Assembly (NCBI GenBank): GCA_049439405.1
Contig: JBMTKL010000001.1
Coordinates: 14,426-38,425, forward strand
DNA from: Acholeplasmataceae bacterium
Lineage (GTDB): Bacteria > Bacillota_I > Bacilli_A > Acholeplasmatales > Acholeplasmataceae
Direction of reading: 5' to 3'
Length of the DNA stretch: 24,000 bases
Each line of letters starts with the position of its first letter. Within the stretch, counting starts at the first letter, position 1. A model generated the notes under the pieces. That model saw nothing but the letters and a program-made list of their open reading frames with translations, was not told the origin of the DNA and made no database searches. Positions 16,410 to 24,000 of this stretch are shown in pieces. Made by a program: the position numbers and the translations under genes.

Positions 16410-19111
16410 AAAAGCTCCTTCATTACTTGCTCACATCGATGACATAGTTTATCTTCATTGACTTTTTCGTAAACATTCCAACAACGCTCACATGTATGAC
16501 CTTCAAAAACTGTTAAAGAAGCACTAAGTGCATCACTCATATTAATTTCTACTTCTGCTACCATGAAAATTTCTTTCAAGTTTACTTTTAATTTATTGAC
16601 GGCTTCAAGCATGTCTTCAGTGATATGAAGATGAATCTTTGCTTGCATCGATTTTGATATCGTTTTTTCTGCTCTTGCTTTTTCTAAGACAAGATTCACT
16701 TCGTCTCTTAATGTATAAAGAACATCTAAAGCTCCTCTTAACTCAAAAGGCTCTTCAAAAGGTTTTGGTTCTGAAAGTCTCTCTAAATAGACATCTTCTT
16801 TTTTGTCGAAAGGTAAAAATTGATATGCTTCACTCGTCGTGTGAGGAATGATTGGTGTTAATACTTTTAATAACGTGAGTGTGATATCAAATAATGTCGA
16901 TTGAACAGATCGTCTATTTAAATCTTCTTTTTTAGCTGTATATAATAAATCTTTCGTAAAATCTAAATAAAATGCACTTAAATCATTAATTATAAAAGGC
17001 ATTAATAAACGATATACTTTGTCAAATTGATATGATTCATATGCTTCTATCATACGATTATATAAATCACTTAATTTGAGCGTCATTGCACGGTTTATGT
17101 TCCCGCGCATCGAATAACTCACATAATCGGTATCAACATTAAAGTCAGATAAATTACCTAGCATATAACGTAAAGTATTTCTAATCTTACGATATCCTTC
17201 ACTAATTTGTTTTAAATTTTCATCACTAATTCTTACATCTTGCTGGTAATCTGTCGTTGCTACCCATAATCTAAGTAAATCTGCACCCATTTGATTCATG
17301 ACTTTCACAGGATCCACTGTGTTTCCTAGTGATTTACTCATTTTACGTCCATTTCCATCTAGTACAAATCCATGTGAAACAACTGCTTTATAAGGTGCTT
17401 TACCAAAAGCAGCAACCGAAGTTGAAATACTTGAATTAAACCAACCACGGTACTGATCAGACCCTTCTAAATAGACATCAGCAGGATAGATTTCACCATA
17501 GCGTTCTAAAGACATATAACTCGTTCCTGAATCAAACCAAACATCCATGATATCGGTCTCTTTAGTGAACAGTCCATTAGGACTTCCAGGATGTATAAAT
17601 CTTTCAGGTAATAAATCTTTTGCATCTCTTTCAAACCAAACATTAGACCCATGCTTTGTAAAGAGATTTGCAACATGCGCTAGGACTTCTTGACTTAATA
17701 TCGCCTCACCATTTTCAGCATAAAACACCGGGATTGGTACACCCCAAGCACGTTGACGAGAAATACACCAATCTTCTCGACCTTCAACCATGTTTGAAAG
17801 TCTTGTTTCACCCCACGATGGAAACCACTCAACCTCTTTGATTGACTCTAATAAAGGTTTTTTAATTGCTTTGATTGATGCAAACCATTGAGGTGTCGCT
17901 CTAAAAATCACTGGTTTTTGGGTTCTCCAATCATGAGGGTATGCATGCGTAAAACGTGTGGCTTTTAAAAGTGTTTGCTTAACTTCTAAGTCTTTTATAA
18001 TTTGTGCGTTAGCATCAGCATAAAACATACCTTCATATTGTAATGCTGTATCCATCATAAACCCTTTACTATCTACTGGACAAAAAACTTCTAAATCATA
18101 AGCTTTACCGACGATATAATCATCTTCACCATGTCCTGGTGCTGTATGAACAAGACCACTACCATCTTCAGCAGTAACATGTTCGCCTAAAATCAAAGGA
18201 CATTCGAGATCAAATAGTGGATGTTCATATGTCATATGTTCTAACGTATGACCTTTAAACGTATCAAGAATTTTTGGTGTTTTCCAAGAGAGTGTTTCAG
18301 TAACATGATCAAATAATGCTTCAGCGATGATGTATTGTTTATCATCGACTTCAACTAAAACATAATTGAAATTTGGATGAACTGAAATCGCACGATTGGC
18401 TGGTAATGTCCATGGTGTTGTCGTCCAAATAACAAAGTGTGCATCGTTCAGAGGTTCAGGCACTGTTTTTGCTTTGAATGCAACATAAATAGAGGTATCT
18501 TCTACATCTTTATATTCAATTTCTGCTTCAGCGAGTGCTGTTTCACTTGAAGGTGACCAAAACACAGGCTTCAAGCCTTTGTAGATAAGTCCTCGTTCAA
18601 CCATTTTTGCAAATACACGTATTTGATCTCCCTCATAGGCAGGTTTTAAAGTAATATATGGATCGTTCCACTCACCTAAAATACCTAAACGTTTAAACTG
18701 TTCTCGTTGTCTTTCAATTTGCTTGTAAGCATAATCTCGACATAAATTTCGATACTCTGATAAAGGCATATCTTTTCTTTTAATGCCTTTTTTAGCTAGT
18801 GCAGTTTCAATCGGTAAGCCATGCGTATCCCAACCTGGAATATAACGCGTGCTAAAGCCTCTCATTGTTTTATATCTTAAGACAAAATCTTTAAGTATCT
18901 TGTTCATTGCATGACCAATATGAATGTCACCATTGGCATAAGGTGGTCCATCATGTAAGACAAAAGGTTTAGCATCCTTATTAGCATCTAAACTTTTTTG
19001 ATATAACTGCATCTTTTCCCACATTTCTTGTAAACTCGGCTCTTTTTGACCCAAATTGCCTCGCATAGGAAAGTCAGTATTAGGTAAATTCAGAGTGTCT
19101 TTGTAGTTCAT
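16406..19111 (-). CDS. ileS: Isoleucyl-tRNA synthetase (start set to 19111)
   Basis: MNYKDTLNLPNTDFPMRGNLGQKEP, HDGPPYANGDIHIGHAMNKILKDF (HIGH), PGWDTHGLPIE, GRKMSKSLGN (KMSKS) and C-terminal zinc motif CERCWN...CHRC. AAGGAG lies before the ATG at 19111. The upstream 22 aa of the track ORF are leader sequence. Confidence 0.98.
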   Translation of the reverse strand: MNYKDTLNLPNTDFPMRGNLGQKEPSLQEMWEKMQLYQKSLDANKDAKPFVLHDGPPYANGDIHIGHAMNKILKDFVLRYKTMRGFSTRYIPGWDTHGLPIETALAKKGIKRKDMPLSEYRNLCRDYAYKQIERQREQFKRLGILGEWNDPYITLKPAYEGDQIRVFAKMVERGLIYKGLKPVFWSPSSETALAEAEIEYKDVEDTSIYVAFKAKTVPEPLNDAHFVIWTTTPWTLPANRAISVHPNFNYVLVEVDDKQYIIAEALFDHVTETLSWKTPKILDTFKGHTLEHMTYEHPLFDLECPLILGEHVTAEDGSGLVHTAPGHGEDDYIVGKAYDLEVFCPVDSKGFMMDTALQYEGMFYADANAQIIKDLEVKQTLLKATRFTHAYPHDWRTQKPVIFRATPQWFASIKAIKKPLLESIKEVEWFPSWGETRLSNMVEGREDWCISRQRAWGVPIPVFYAENGEAILSQEVLAHVANLFTKHGSNVWFERDAKDLLPERFIHPGSPNGLFTKETDIMDVWFDSGTSYMSLERYGEIYPADVYLEGSDQYRGWFNSSISTSVAAFGKAPYKAVVSHGFVLDGNGRKMSKSLGNTVDPVKVMNQMGADLLRLWVATTDYQQDVRISDENLKQISEGYRKIRNTLRYMLGNLSDFNVDTDYVSYSMRGNINRAMTLKLSDLYNRMIEAYESYQFDKVYRLLMPFIINDLSAFYLDFTKDLLYTAKKEDLNRRSVQSTLFDITLTLLKVLTPIIPHTTSEAYQFLPFDKKEDVYLERLSEPKPFEEPFELRGALDVLYTLRDEVNLVLEKARAEKTISKSMQAKIHLHITEDMLEAVNKLKVNLKEIFMVAEVEINMSDALSASLTVFEGHTCERCWNVYEKVNEDKLCHRCEQVMKELL

Positions 19112-19130
19112 TATTTTCTCCTTTAATATA

Positions 19131-19300
19131 CAAAAAATCAGCAAAACGAACATAGGGACGATTGCTCGCGGTACCACCCTATTTCCAGCATTGCTGACAC
19201 TTCATTATTTATGTATTCATAGGTGATCCCGCAATAACTTATTGTGTCTGAACTTCCACCATCTTCAGATCGCTGTTTTTCAAAGTTACTACGTGCTATC
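19131..19300 (-). promoter_or_regulatory. T-box riboswitch (tRNA-Ile sensing) in the ileS leader, approximate 5' limit
   Basis: Minus strand AATAGGGTGGTACCGCGAGCAATCGTCCCTA is the canonical T-box/antiterminator sequence (19167..19180 core). An imperfect terminator-like hairpin (AGCAATCG...CGTTTTGCT) and T6 follow at 19132-19166. A stem-I-like region lies upstream. Confidence 0.92.
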
Positions 19301-19316
19301 CTAATCACGATACGAT

Positions 19317-19640
19317 TTAATTTAATTCTTGTAAAAATGTTTTCAATGAGCCATCTTCAAAGCTATCTTGATCACCAAACATCAGTATTTTTTCTTTGAT
19401 GATCACGACCTCACCATTTAAGGCATACGTGATACCAGATAAAAAAGCAATTGCTTTATTGATATCATCAATGTCCAACCCTTCAAAGTTAATGATGTAT
19501 GGGACATGTTGCTTCATTTGGTCTGCAATTTGAAGCAACCTTTCATCACTAGAATTGCCTAATTCTTCAAAGACAATTTGATCTGATGATATAGGTTGAT
19601 TGACTTTTTCTTCTTTTTTTTTCTTTCCAAATAATCCCAT
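19317..19640 (-). CDS. sepF: Cell division protein SepF
   Basis: 107 aa. ADQMKQHVPYIINFEGLDIDDINKAIAFLSGITYALNGEVVIIKEKILMFG matches the SepF core. Neighbours are yggS and ileS, as in the ylm cluster. Confidence 0.88.
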   Translation of the reverse strand: MGLFGKKKKEEKVNQPISSDQIVFEELGNSSDERLLQIADQMKQHVPYIINFEGLDIDDINKAIAFLSGITYALNGEVVIIKEKILMFGDQDSFEDGSLKTFLQELN

Positions 19641-19641
19641 A

Positions 19642-20235
19642 TTAACCTTCTAAAAATTGATTAAAGTAACGTCCTAATCTGAGATGCGTTGTACCCTCTT
19701 CTATTGCAATGTCATAATCATCAGTCATACCCATCGATACGAATGGTAATGCTAACGTGTTTGATAGTTTTTTGATGGCTTTAAATGCGTTTCTTGTTTC
19801 AAGCAAATCATCAAGTTTTCCCATAGACATTAGACCTACTATATGTATTTTATCATATTTTTTAACGGCCTGATAAAAAGAAGTGACTTCATGTAAAGAA
19901 ATACCATACTTTTGTGGTTCTTGCGTTGCGTTCACTTGAATAAAGCATGGCAATGGCTTTTGACGATACTTTTGAATGTTTTCTGCAAGTTTAAGTGAAT
20001 CCAGTGTGTGTAAATAATCAATAATAGTAACAACATCTTTTGCTTTATTACGCTGTAGATGACCAATAAAATGCCATGTAATTGGTAATTCTTTAAGTGC
20101 ATGATACTTCTGAATAAGTGCATCTGTACGGTTTTCACCAAAGTCATGTATGCCTTTTTGATATAACTGTCTCACCTCATCAACACTGTAATATTTAGAT
20201 GCACAAATTGTTTTAACATGTGATGGTATCATCAT
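19642..20235 (-). CDS. YggS/YlmE family pyridoxal phosphate-binding protein
   Basis: 197 aa. ASKYYSVDEVRQLYQKGIHDFGENR, WHFIGHLQRNKAK, GLMSMG, LPFVSMGMTDDYDIAIEEGTTHLRLGR. Confidence 0.93.
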   Translation of the reverse strand: MMIPSHVKTICASKYYSVDEVRQLYQKGIHDFGENRTDALIQKYHALKELPITWHFIGHLQRNKAKDVVTIIDYLHTLDSLKLAENIQKYRQKPLPCFIQVNATQEPQKYGISLHEVTSFYQAVKKYDKIHIVGLMSMGKLDDLLETRNAFKAIKKLSNTLALPFVSMGMTDDYDIAIEEGTTHLRLGRYFNQFLEG

Positions 20236-21329
20236 ACATTAAACCTAAAATGTACAATATCGCCATCTTGCATCTCATAACCCTTACCCTCTAATCGATA
20301 TCTTCCGGCTTCTCTTGCTTTTGCAGGTGTCACATATGTGATGAAATCTTCATATGATAATGTTTCACAGCGAATAAATCCTTTTTCAAAGTCAGTATGT
20401 ATAAGACCAGCACATTGTGGTGCTTTCATCCCACGTTTAAACGTCCATGCTCTTACTTCAGGTTCACCAGCAGTGAAAAATGTTTTTAAACCTAATAATT
20501 TATAACTTTCTTCAATGACTTGATCCAGTCCACTTTTTTCTAATCCATACACTTCTAGCATGTCTTGCTTTTCAGAGGGATCCAATACCGATAATTCAGC
20601 TTCTATTTGTGCTGATACTGTAATCATGTCGATACCTTTTTTATCTAAATAAGCTCTAAGTCGTTTTACATGTGGTTGATTTTCAGGGTCAAGTATGTCA
20701 TCTTCACTCACGTTCCCAATGACTATCATTTTCTTTAGCGTCAGTAATTGTAGTTGTTTCAAATACATAAAATCTGACGCTTCAAACAAATCGTAACTCA
20801 CTTTTAGATTGTCAGTTAAATGTTTTTTTAATGTTTCTAATATTGTTTTTTCATGCACAGCTTCTTTTGGTTGTTGTTTAAGTTTTTTATCCATCTTACT
20901 TAATCGTTTTTCAATCGTTTCCAAATCAGCAAGTCTTAATTCAATATCAATGGTTTCAAAATCTCTAACAGGATCGACTGAACCATCGACATGCGTGACA
21001 TCTTTTAAATCAAAGCATCTCACAACATGGCAGACTGCATCAACTTCTCTAATATGTGATAAGAATTGATTTCCTAATCCCTCACCTTTTGATGCACCTT
21101 TCACAAGACCAGCGATGTCAGTAAATTGATAAGCTGTGTGTATAACTTTCTTTGGTTTATATACTTCTGCAAGCGCATCTAAACGCATATCAGGTACTGA
21201 AACAATGCCGACATTAGGTTCAATGGTTGCAAATGGGTAATTAGCCGCAAGTGCGCCTGCTTTTGTTAATGCGTTAAATAATGTTGATTTTCCTACATTT
21301 GGTAATCCAATAATTCCAGCTTCTAACAT
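20232..21329 (-). CDS. ychF: Redox-regulated ATPase/GTPase YchF (Obg family)
   Basis: 365 aa. IIGLPNVGKSTLFNALTKAGALAANYPFATIEPNVGIV and AGLVKGASKGEGLGNQFLSHIREVDAVCHVVRCF. Confidence 0.97.
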   Translation of the reverse strand: MLEAGIIGLPNVGKSTLFNALTKAGALAANYPFATIEPNVGIVSVPDMRLDALAEVYKPKKVIHTAYQFTDIAGLVKGASKGEGLGNQFLSHIREVDAVCHVVRCFDLKDVTHVDGSVDPVRDFETIDIELRLADLETIEKRLSKMDKKLKQQPKEAVHEKTILETLKKHLTDNLKVSYDLFEASDFMYLKQLQLLTLKKMIVIGNVSEDDILDPENQPHVKRLRAYLDKKGIDMITVSAQIEAELSVLDPSEKQDMLEVYGLEKSGLDQVIEESYKLLGLKTFFTAGEPEVRAWTFKRGMKAPQCAGLIHTDFEKGFIRCETLSYEDFITYVTPAKAREAGRYRLEGKGYEMQDGDIVHFRFNV

Positions 21330-21337
21330 AATACTCC

Positions 21338-21363
21338 TTTAAAAAAAGGCTTACGCCTTTTTT
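21338..21363 (-). terminator. Intrinsic terminator between ftsZ and ychF
   Basis: Minus strand AAAAAAGGC-GTAA-GCCTTTTTTT, a 9-bp stem immediately after the ftsZ stop and directly before the ychF Shine-Dalgarno. Confidence 0.75.
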
Positions 21364-22486
21364 ATAATGATCCCTTCTTTTGTAACCAAGAAGGAATTTT
21401 TGGTTTTTTAGGTGATGACTCGTCATCATCTTTAACTTCTTCTAATCCACTTTCAGTCATTTTGAGTTGTTCATTAGACGTATTATTGAAAATTTCGGAC
21501 GCAAGATTTTCAATGGTTGTGTCTTTTGCTTTAAGTTCATAACCCGTAGCAATCACAGTCACCACCATTTCGTCATTCATTTCTAAACTGACAGCTGCAC
21601 CGTAAATGATATTAAGATCTTTATCTGTTGCATTTCTTATTTCTTCTAATGCTTGTTGTGTTTCAAATAATGTAATATTCGTTCCAGAAGTGATATTGAC
21701 AATGGCATCCGTTGCACCATCAATAGAAACTTCTAATAGTTTAGAGTGAATGGCTTTTCTTGCTGCTTCGATCGCACGGTTCTCTCCTTGTGCAATCCCT
21801 ACACCCATCAGTGCAGTCCCTTTATTTTCCATGACAGTTCTTACGTCAGCGAAGTCAACATTAATAATTCCAGGAACAGTAATAATTTCTGTGACTCCTT
21901 GAACACCTTGTCTTAAAATATTATCGGATTCTCTAAATGCATCTAGTAATTGTGTAGTCGGTCCTGATACTTCTAATAAGCGTTCATTTGGAATGACAAT
22001 TAAAGTATCTACATGAGGTTTGAGCGCTTCTAGACCTGATATAGCTTCTTGCATACGCAAAGGCCCTTCAAAAATGAAAGGTTTTGTAACAATACCAATC
22101 GTTAATGCACCGGACTCTTTCGCTTTTTTTGCAATAATTGGCGCTGCACCAGTACCAGTACCGCCACCCATTCCACAAGTAATGAAAACCATATCAGCAT
22201 CTTTCATCAAGGATTCAATTTCACTAATCGATTCGAGTGCCGCTTTTTTACCAATATCTGGTTTTGCACCAGCCCCTAAACCACGTAATAAATTCTTACC
22301 AATTTGAATACGATGTTCAGCTTTTGAGCGCTTTAACACTTGTGCGTCGGTATTAATTGCTATAAAATCAACACCTGTCACGTCATTTTCAATCATCCTA
22401 TTAACGGCATTACCACCACCGCCACCTACACCAATGACTTTAATAACTGGTTTTTGATTAAATTGATCATTCTCGCCAAATACCAT
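21362..22486 (-). CDS. ftsZ: Cell division protein FtsZ
   Basis: 374 aa. [53 protein letters not shown] and C-terminal [13 protein letters not shown]. Confidence 0.98.
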   Translation of the reverse strand: MVFGENDQFNQKPVIKVIGVGGGGGNAVNRMIENDVTGVDFIAINTDAQVLKRSKAEHRIQIGKNLLRGLGAGAKPDIGKKAALESISEIESLMKDADMVFITCGMGGGTGTGAAPIIAKKAKESGALTIGIVTKPFIFEGPLRMQEAISGLEALKPHVDTLIVIPNERLLEVSGPTTQLLDAFRESDNILRQGVQGVTEIITVPGIINVDFADVRTVMENKGTALMGVGIAQGENRAIEAARKAIHSKLLEVSIDGATDAIVNITSGTNITLFETQQALEEIRNATDKDLNIIYGAAVSLEMNDEMVVTVIATGYELKAKDTTIENLASEIFNNTSNEQLKMTESGLEEVKDDDESSPKKPKIPSWLQKKGSL

Positions 22487-22541
22487 GGGAAAACCCCCTT
22501 TACCTTAATATATTGTATCACTAATTGATTGTTTTATAAAG

Positions 22542-23651
22542 TTAAACAAAATAATTTGTTGATGCTTTCATTTCTAAATAATAATCATATAATCGATCTT
22601 CTTGAATTGCTTGACGAATCTCTTTCATTAAATGCTTTAGATAGGCCAAATTCTGAATACTTATGAGGCGTGCAACTAACATTTCTTGGGCTTTATATAA
22701 ATGTCTTAAATAAGATTTTGTATATGATGATGCTAAGGTATTTAAAGAAGCATCAATAGGCGTTAAATCATTTTTATATCGTTCAGACTTTAAAATGACT
22801 TTTCCTGATGTGGTGAGCGCAGTCCCATGTCTTGCAAGTCTTGTCGGCAACACACAATCAAACATATCAATTCCGTTCATCACATTCATGATAAGATCTT
22901 CTGGTGCACCAACACCCATTAAATAACGTGGTTTATCTTTTGGTAAAACATCTTTGAGAAGCTTTGTAATTTTATACATTTCTTCTTTTGTTTCACCAAC
23001 AGAAAGACCACCAATAGAATATCCATCAAAACCAATCTCTATTGTTTTTTGTGCACTATAAAGTCTTAAAGCTTCATCAAGTCCACCTTGAACTATTCCA
23101 AATAAAGCTTGATTAGTCGTTTTATAATCTTTTCCTCGCTTCGCCCACCTTAGCGTTCTTTCTACAGAATTTTTTAAATAATCCAGACTCTCATATGGTG
23201 GTGGACACTCATCAAAGCTCATAATAATATCTGCACCTATGGTTTGTTGAACATCAATGGATGTTTCTGGACTCATGAAAAGTGGTGCACCACTTTTATG
23301 ATGTTTGAAATGAACGCCTTCTTCAGTGATTTTTCGCATGTCAGAAAGCGAAAACACTTGATAACCACCACTATCTGTAAGAAGTGCTCCATCCCAATTC
23401 ATCATTTTTTTTACATTGCCATGTAACTTGACAACGTCCATACCAGGTTGAATCCACAAATGATAGGTGTTTGATAAAATTAGTCCTTCGCTCACGTCTT
23501 TAATTTCCTCAGGGGTAAGACTTTTTACTGTGGCTTGTGTGCCAACTGGCATAAAAATAGGTGTTTCAAAAACACCTGATGGTGTATGTAGTTTTCCGTA
23601 TCTCGCACCAGTTTGTTTACAAATATGTAAAAGTTCAAAATGTATAGCCAT
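22542..23651 (-). CDS. tgt: tRNA-guanine transglycosylase (bacterial Tgt)
   Basis: 369 aa. TPIFMPVGTQATVKSLTPEE, LSNTYHLWIQPG, LLTDSGGYQVFS, IMSFDECPP, GIVQGG and VGAPEDL. Confidence 0.97.
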   Translation of the reverse strand: MAIHFELLHICKQTGARYGKLHTPSGVFETPIFMPVGTQATVKSLTPEEIKDVSEGLILSNTYHLWIQPGMDVVKLHGNVKKMMNWDGALLTDSGGYQVFSLSDMRKITEEGVHFKHHKSGAPLFMSPETSIDVQQTIGADIIMSFDECPPPYESLDYLKNSVERTLRWAKRGKDYKTTNQALFGIVQGGLDEALRLYSAQKTIEIGFDGYSIGGLSVGETKEEMYKITKLLKDVLPKDKPRYLMGVGAPEDLIMNVMNGIDMFDCVLPTRLARHGTALTTSGKVILKSERYKNDLTPIDASLNTLASSYTKSYLRHLYKAQEMLVARLISIQNLAYLKHLMKEIRQAIQEDRLYDYYLEMKASTNYFV

Positions 23652-23663
23652 AATTCCTCTTTA

Positions 23664-23672
23664 TGTTATAAT
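23664..23672 (+). promoter_or_regulatory. Extended -10 promoter (TGTTATAAT) for queT
   Basis: TTTATGTTATAATG. The predicted start at about 23679 coincides with the 5' end of the aptamer. Confidence 0.6.
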
Positions 23673-23677
23673 GTGCT

Positions 23678-23718
23678 TGGCTGTATCCTAGTTACCAGCC
23701 ATAAAATAAAAACAGGGG
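23678..23718 (+). promoter_or_regulatory. preQ1-I riboswitch, probably translational, upstream of queT
   Basis: TGGCTG (P1) TATCCTAGTTAC (loop) CAGCCA (P1') TAAAATAAAAACAGGGG. The A-rich tail and AGGG can form the pseudoknot with TCCT. AGGGG is also the Shine-Dalgarno, 6 nt before the ATG. The downstream gene is a QueT transporter. Confidence 0.85.
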
Positions 23719-23724
23719 TGTTTT

Positions 23725-24000
23725 ATGAATTTAAGATTTTACGTTAACAATGCGATGATCGCAACGCTTTATGTCATATTAGTATATGTTTTTGCTTTTA
23801 TGAGTTTCGAAGCTATTCAATTCAGACTAGCTGAAGCTTTGTTGATTGTTTTTTTATTTAATAAAAGAACAATCTCAGGGTTACTCATTGGAACGTTTAT
23901 CGCGAATTATTTACTGTCTCCAATTGGATTAGTTGATGCATTTGTTGGTACTTCAGCAACATTAATTGCATTATTACTGATGCAATTAGTACAATCATTT
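23725..24000 (+). CDS. queT: QueT family ECF transporter S component (partial at right edge)
   Basis: MNLRFYVNNAMIATLYVILVYVFAFMSFEAIQFRLAEALLIVFLFNKRTISGLLIGTFIANYLLSPIGLVDAFVGTSATLIALLLMQLVQSF. The IQFRxAEAL and IANxLSPIGLxDxxxGxxAT pattern is typical of QueT. It is not in the supplied track. Confidence 0.88.
   Translation, partial: MNLRFYVNNAMIATLYVILVYVFAFMSFEAIQFRLAEALLIVFLFNKRTISGLLIGTFIANYLLSPIGLVDAFVGTSATLIALLLMQLVQSF

Noticed and set aside
19112-19177. N-terminal extension of the ileS ORF (MVPRAIVPMFVLLIFCILKEKI)
   Set aside because: It is encoded by the T-box/terminator leader. AAGGAG precedes ATG 19111, which gives the normal IleRS N-terminus.
22487-22500. GGGGGTTTTCCC just before the ftsZ start as a Shine-Dalgarno-sequestering hairpin
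   Set aside because: Only three G-C pairs with a short stem, so it could be chance. Not reported without conservation data.
5867-23691. Other short track ORFs nested antisense or out of frame in known genes (5867-6160, 7104-7379, 13339-13566, 14108-14326, 16639-16851, 19932-20147, 20809-21069, 22020-22307, 22340-22528, 23244-23426, 23467-23691, also 3542-3751 and 3923-4129)
   Set aside because: Each overlaps a well-supported gene or its leader, has low-complexity or unrecognisable translation, and no convincing start signal.
1-24000. Search for CRISPR arrays, transposases, inverted terminal repeats, tRNA/rRNA genes, retrons, phage genes and toxin-antitoxin pairs
   Set aside because: Reading both strands by eye showed no array-like spacing, no transposase or integrase motifs and no tRNA-like cloverleaf sequences. 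This was not a computational search.

Overview
This 24-kb, low-GC window looks like ordinary chromosomal housekeeping DNA from a wall-less or reduced Firmicutes/Mollicutes-type organism. An Acholeplasma-like assignment is an inference. The genome uses the standard code, with TGA as stop. From left to right:
- rnj (RNase J, partial) diverges from recU.
- thiT sits behind a TPP riboswitch.
- A small unknown gene, nfeD and an SPFH/stomatin gene form an operon.
- pdp diverges from a histidine phosphatase gene that appears frameshifted at a T6 run.
- On the minus strand, pepV-thyA-dfrA-plsC form an operon, followed by ssb.
- A long minus-strand run reads tgt, ftsZ, ychF, yggS, sepF, [T-box] ileS, surE, an unknown gene, deoC, deoD and two M16 peptidase genes.
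- At the right edge, a preQ1-I riboswitch precedes queT (partial).
I found no CRISPR array, mobile element, rRNA, tRNA, toxin-antitoxin or defence locus, and no convincing evidence of a wholly new system. The points most worth checking are:
- the homopolymer frameshift in the phosphatase
- the short T-box whose transcript could cover a seven-gene operon
- recurrent TRTGn extended -10 promoters, several placing the Shine-Dalgarno almost at +1
- overlapping divergent promoters at pdp/phosphatase
- the SPFH operon with an uncharacterised first gene
- two conserved-looking unknown proteins
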